Source of the DNA: Squalus acanthias
Lineage: Eukaryota
Length of the DNA: 64,000 nt
Direction: 5' to 3'
Assembly: GCA_030390025.1 (NCBI GenBank)
Contig: CM059431.1
Location: 151,902,001 to 151,966,000 of the forward strand
In this document: in pieces, positions 63,088-64,000 of the stretch
Numbering within the stretch: position 1 is the stretch's first letter
How the letters are laid out: every line of letters starts with the position of its first letter
Notes under the pieces: model-generated
What the model was told of the DNA's origin: nothing
Databases searched by the model: none
What the model saw: only the letters and a program-made list of their open reading frames with translations
Position numbers and translations under genes: made by a program

Positions 63088-64000
63088 GTTGGGTCTAGGA
63101 CACTGCCCTGAGGAAATCCTGCAGCGACGTCCTGGGGCTGTGATAATTGAACTTCAACCACCACAACCATGTTCCTTGTGCTAGGTATGACTCCAGTCAG
63201 GGAAGCGTTTTCCCCCTGATTCCCATTGACTTCAGGTTTACTAGGGCTCCATGATGCCAGACTCGGTCAAATGCTGCCTTGATGCCAAGGGCAGTCACTC
63301 TCACCTCACCTCTGGAATTCAGCTCCTTTGTCCATGTTTGGACCAAGGCTGTAATGAGGTCGGGAGCCGAGTGGTCTTGGCGGAACCCAAACTGGGCATC
63401 AGTGAGCAGATTATTGGTGAGTAAGTGCCGCTTGATAGCACTGTCGATGACACCTTCCATCACTTTGCTGATGATTGAGAGTAGACTGATGGGGCGGTAA
63501 TTGGCCGGGTGGATTTGTACTGCTTTTTGTGGACAGGACATACCTGGGCAGTTTTCCACATTTTCGGATAGATGCCACTGTTGTAGCTGTACTGGAACAG
63601 CTTGGATAGTGGAGTGGCTAGTTCTCGAACACAAGGCTTCAGCACGATAGCCGGGATGTTGTCGGGGCCCATAGCCTTTGCTGTATCCAGTGCGCTCAGC
63701 CGTTTCTTGATACCACGTGGAGTGAATCGAATTTGCTGAAAACTGGCTTCTGTGATGGTGGGGACCTCGGGAGTAGGCCGATATGGATCATCCACTCTGC
63801 ACTTCTGGCTGAAGTTGTTGGTAAACACTTCAGCCTTGTCTTTTGCACTCACGTGCTGGGCTCCGCCATCATTGAGGATGCGGATATTCTTGGAGCCTCC
63901 TCCTCCCGCTAGTTGTCTAAAGGTCCATCACCATTCACGACTGGATGTGGCAGATACTGCAGAGCTTTGAACTGATCCGTTGATTGTGGATCGCTTAGCC
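63088..64000 (-). mobile_element. CR1/L2-group LINE RT fragment (same family as 21715-23545)
   Basis: NYRPISLLSIISKVME, QFGFR and KAAFDRVWH motifs. Confidence 0.88.

Overview
Eukaryotic, repeat-dense genomic DNA, most likely from a cartilaginous fish (shark). That assignment is inferred from the CR1/L2/Penelope repeat content and the receptor type. Most of the window is decayed, multiply nested CR1 LINEs of several subfamilies, plus L2 and a second CR1/L2-group LINE, four TG..CA solo LTRs, a MITE, Penelope-derived fragments with hammerhead-ribozyme cores, degenerate tRNA-Lys(UUU) relics, and two minisatellites (26-bp and 21-bp units). The only host genes I can support are two paralogous two-exon class A GPCRs of the GPR139/GPR142-like type on the minus strand. 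One is intact (exon 1 58756-58825 plus exon 2 55095-55996, 323 aa). The other is a pseudogene (36205-36274 plus 33225-34120) with a nonsense codon, two frameshifts and a mutated TATA box. Each gene sits in one copy of a tandemly duplicated cassette (about 23.8-48 kb and 49.2-64 kb) with the order SINE/tRNA-Lys relic, CR1/L2, GPCR, promoter, 26-bp array, 21-bp GATA-rich array. The tail of a probable third cassette is visible at about 9.6-23.5 kb. All alignments and counts were done by eye and coordinates of decayed repeats are approximate.
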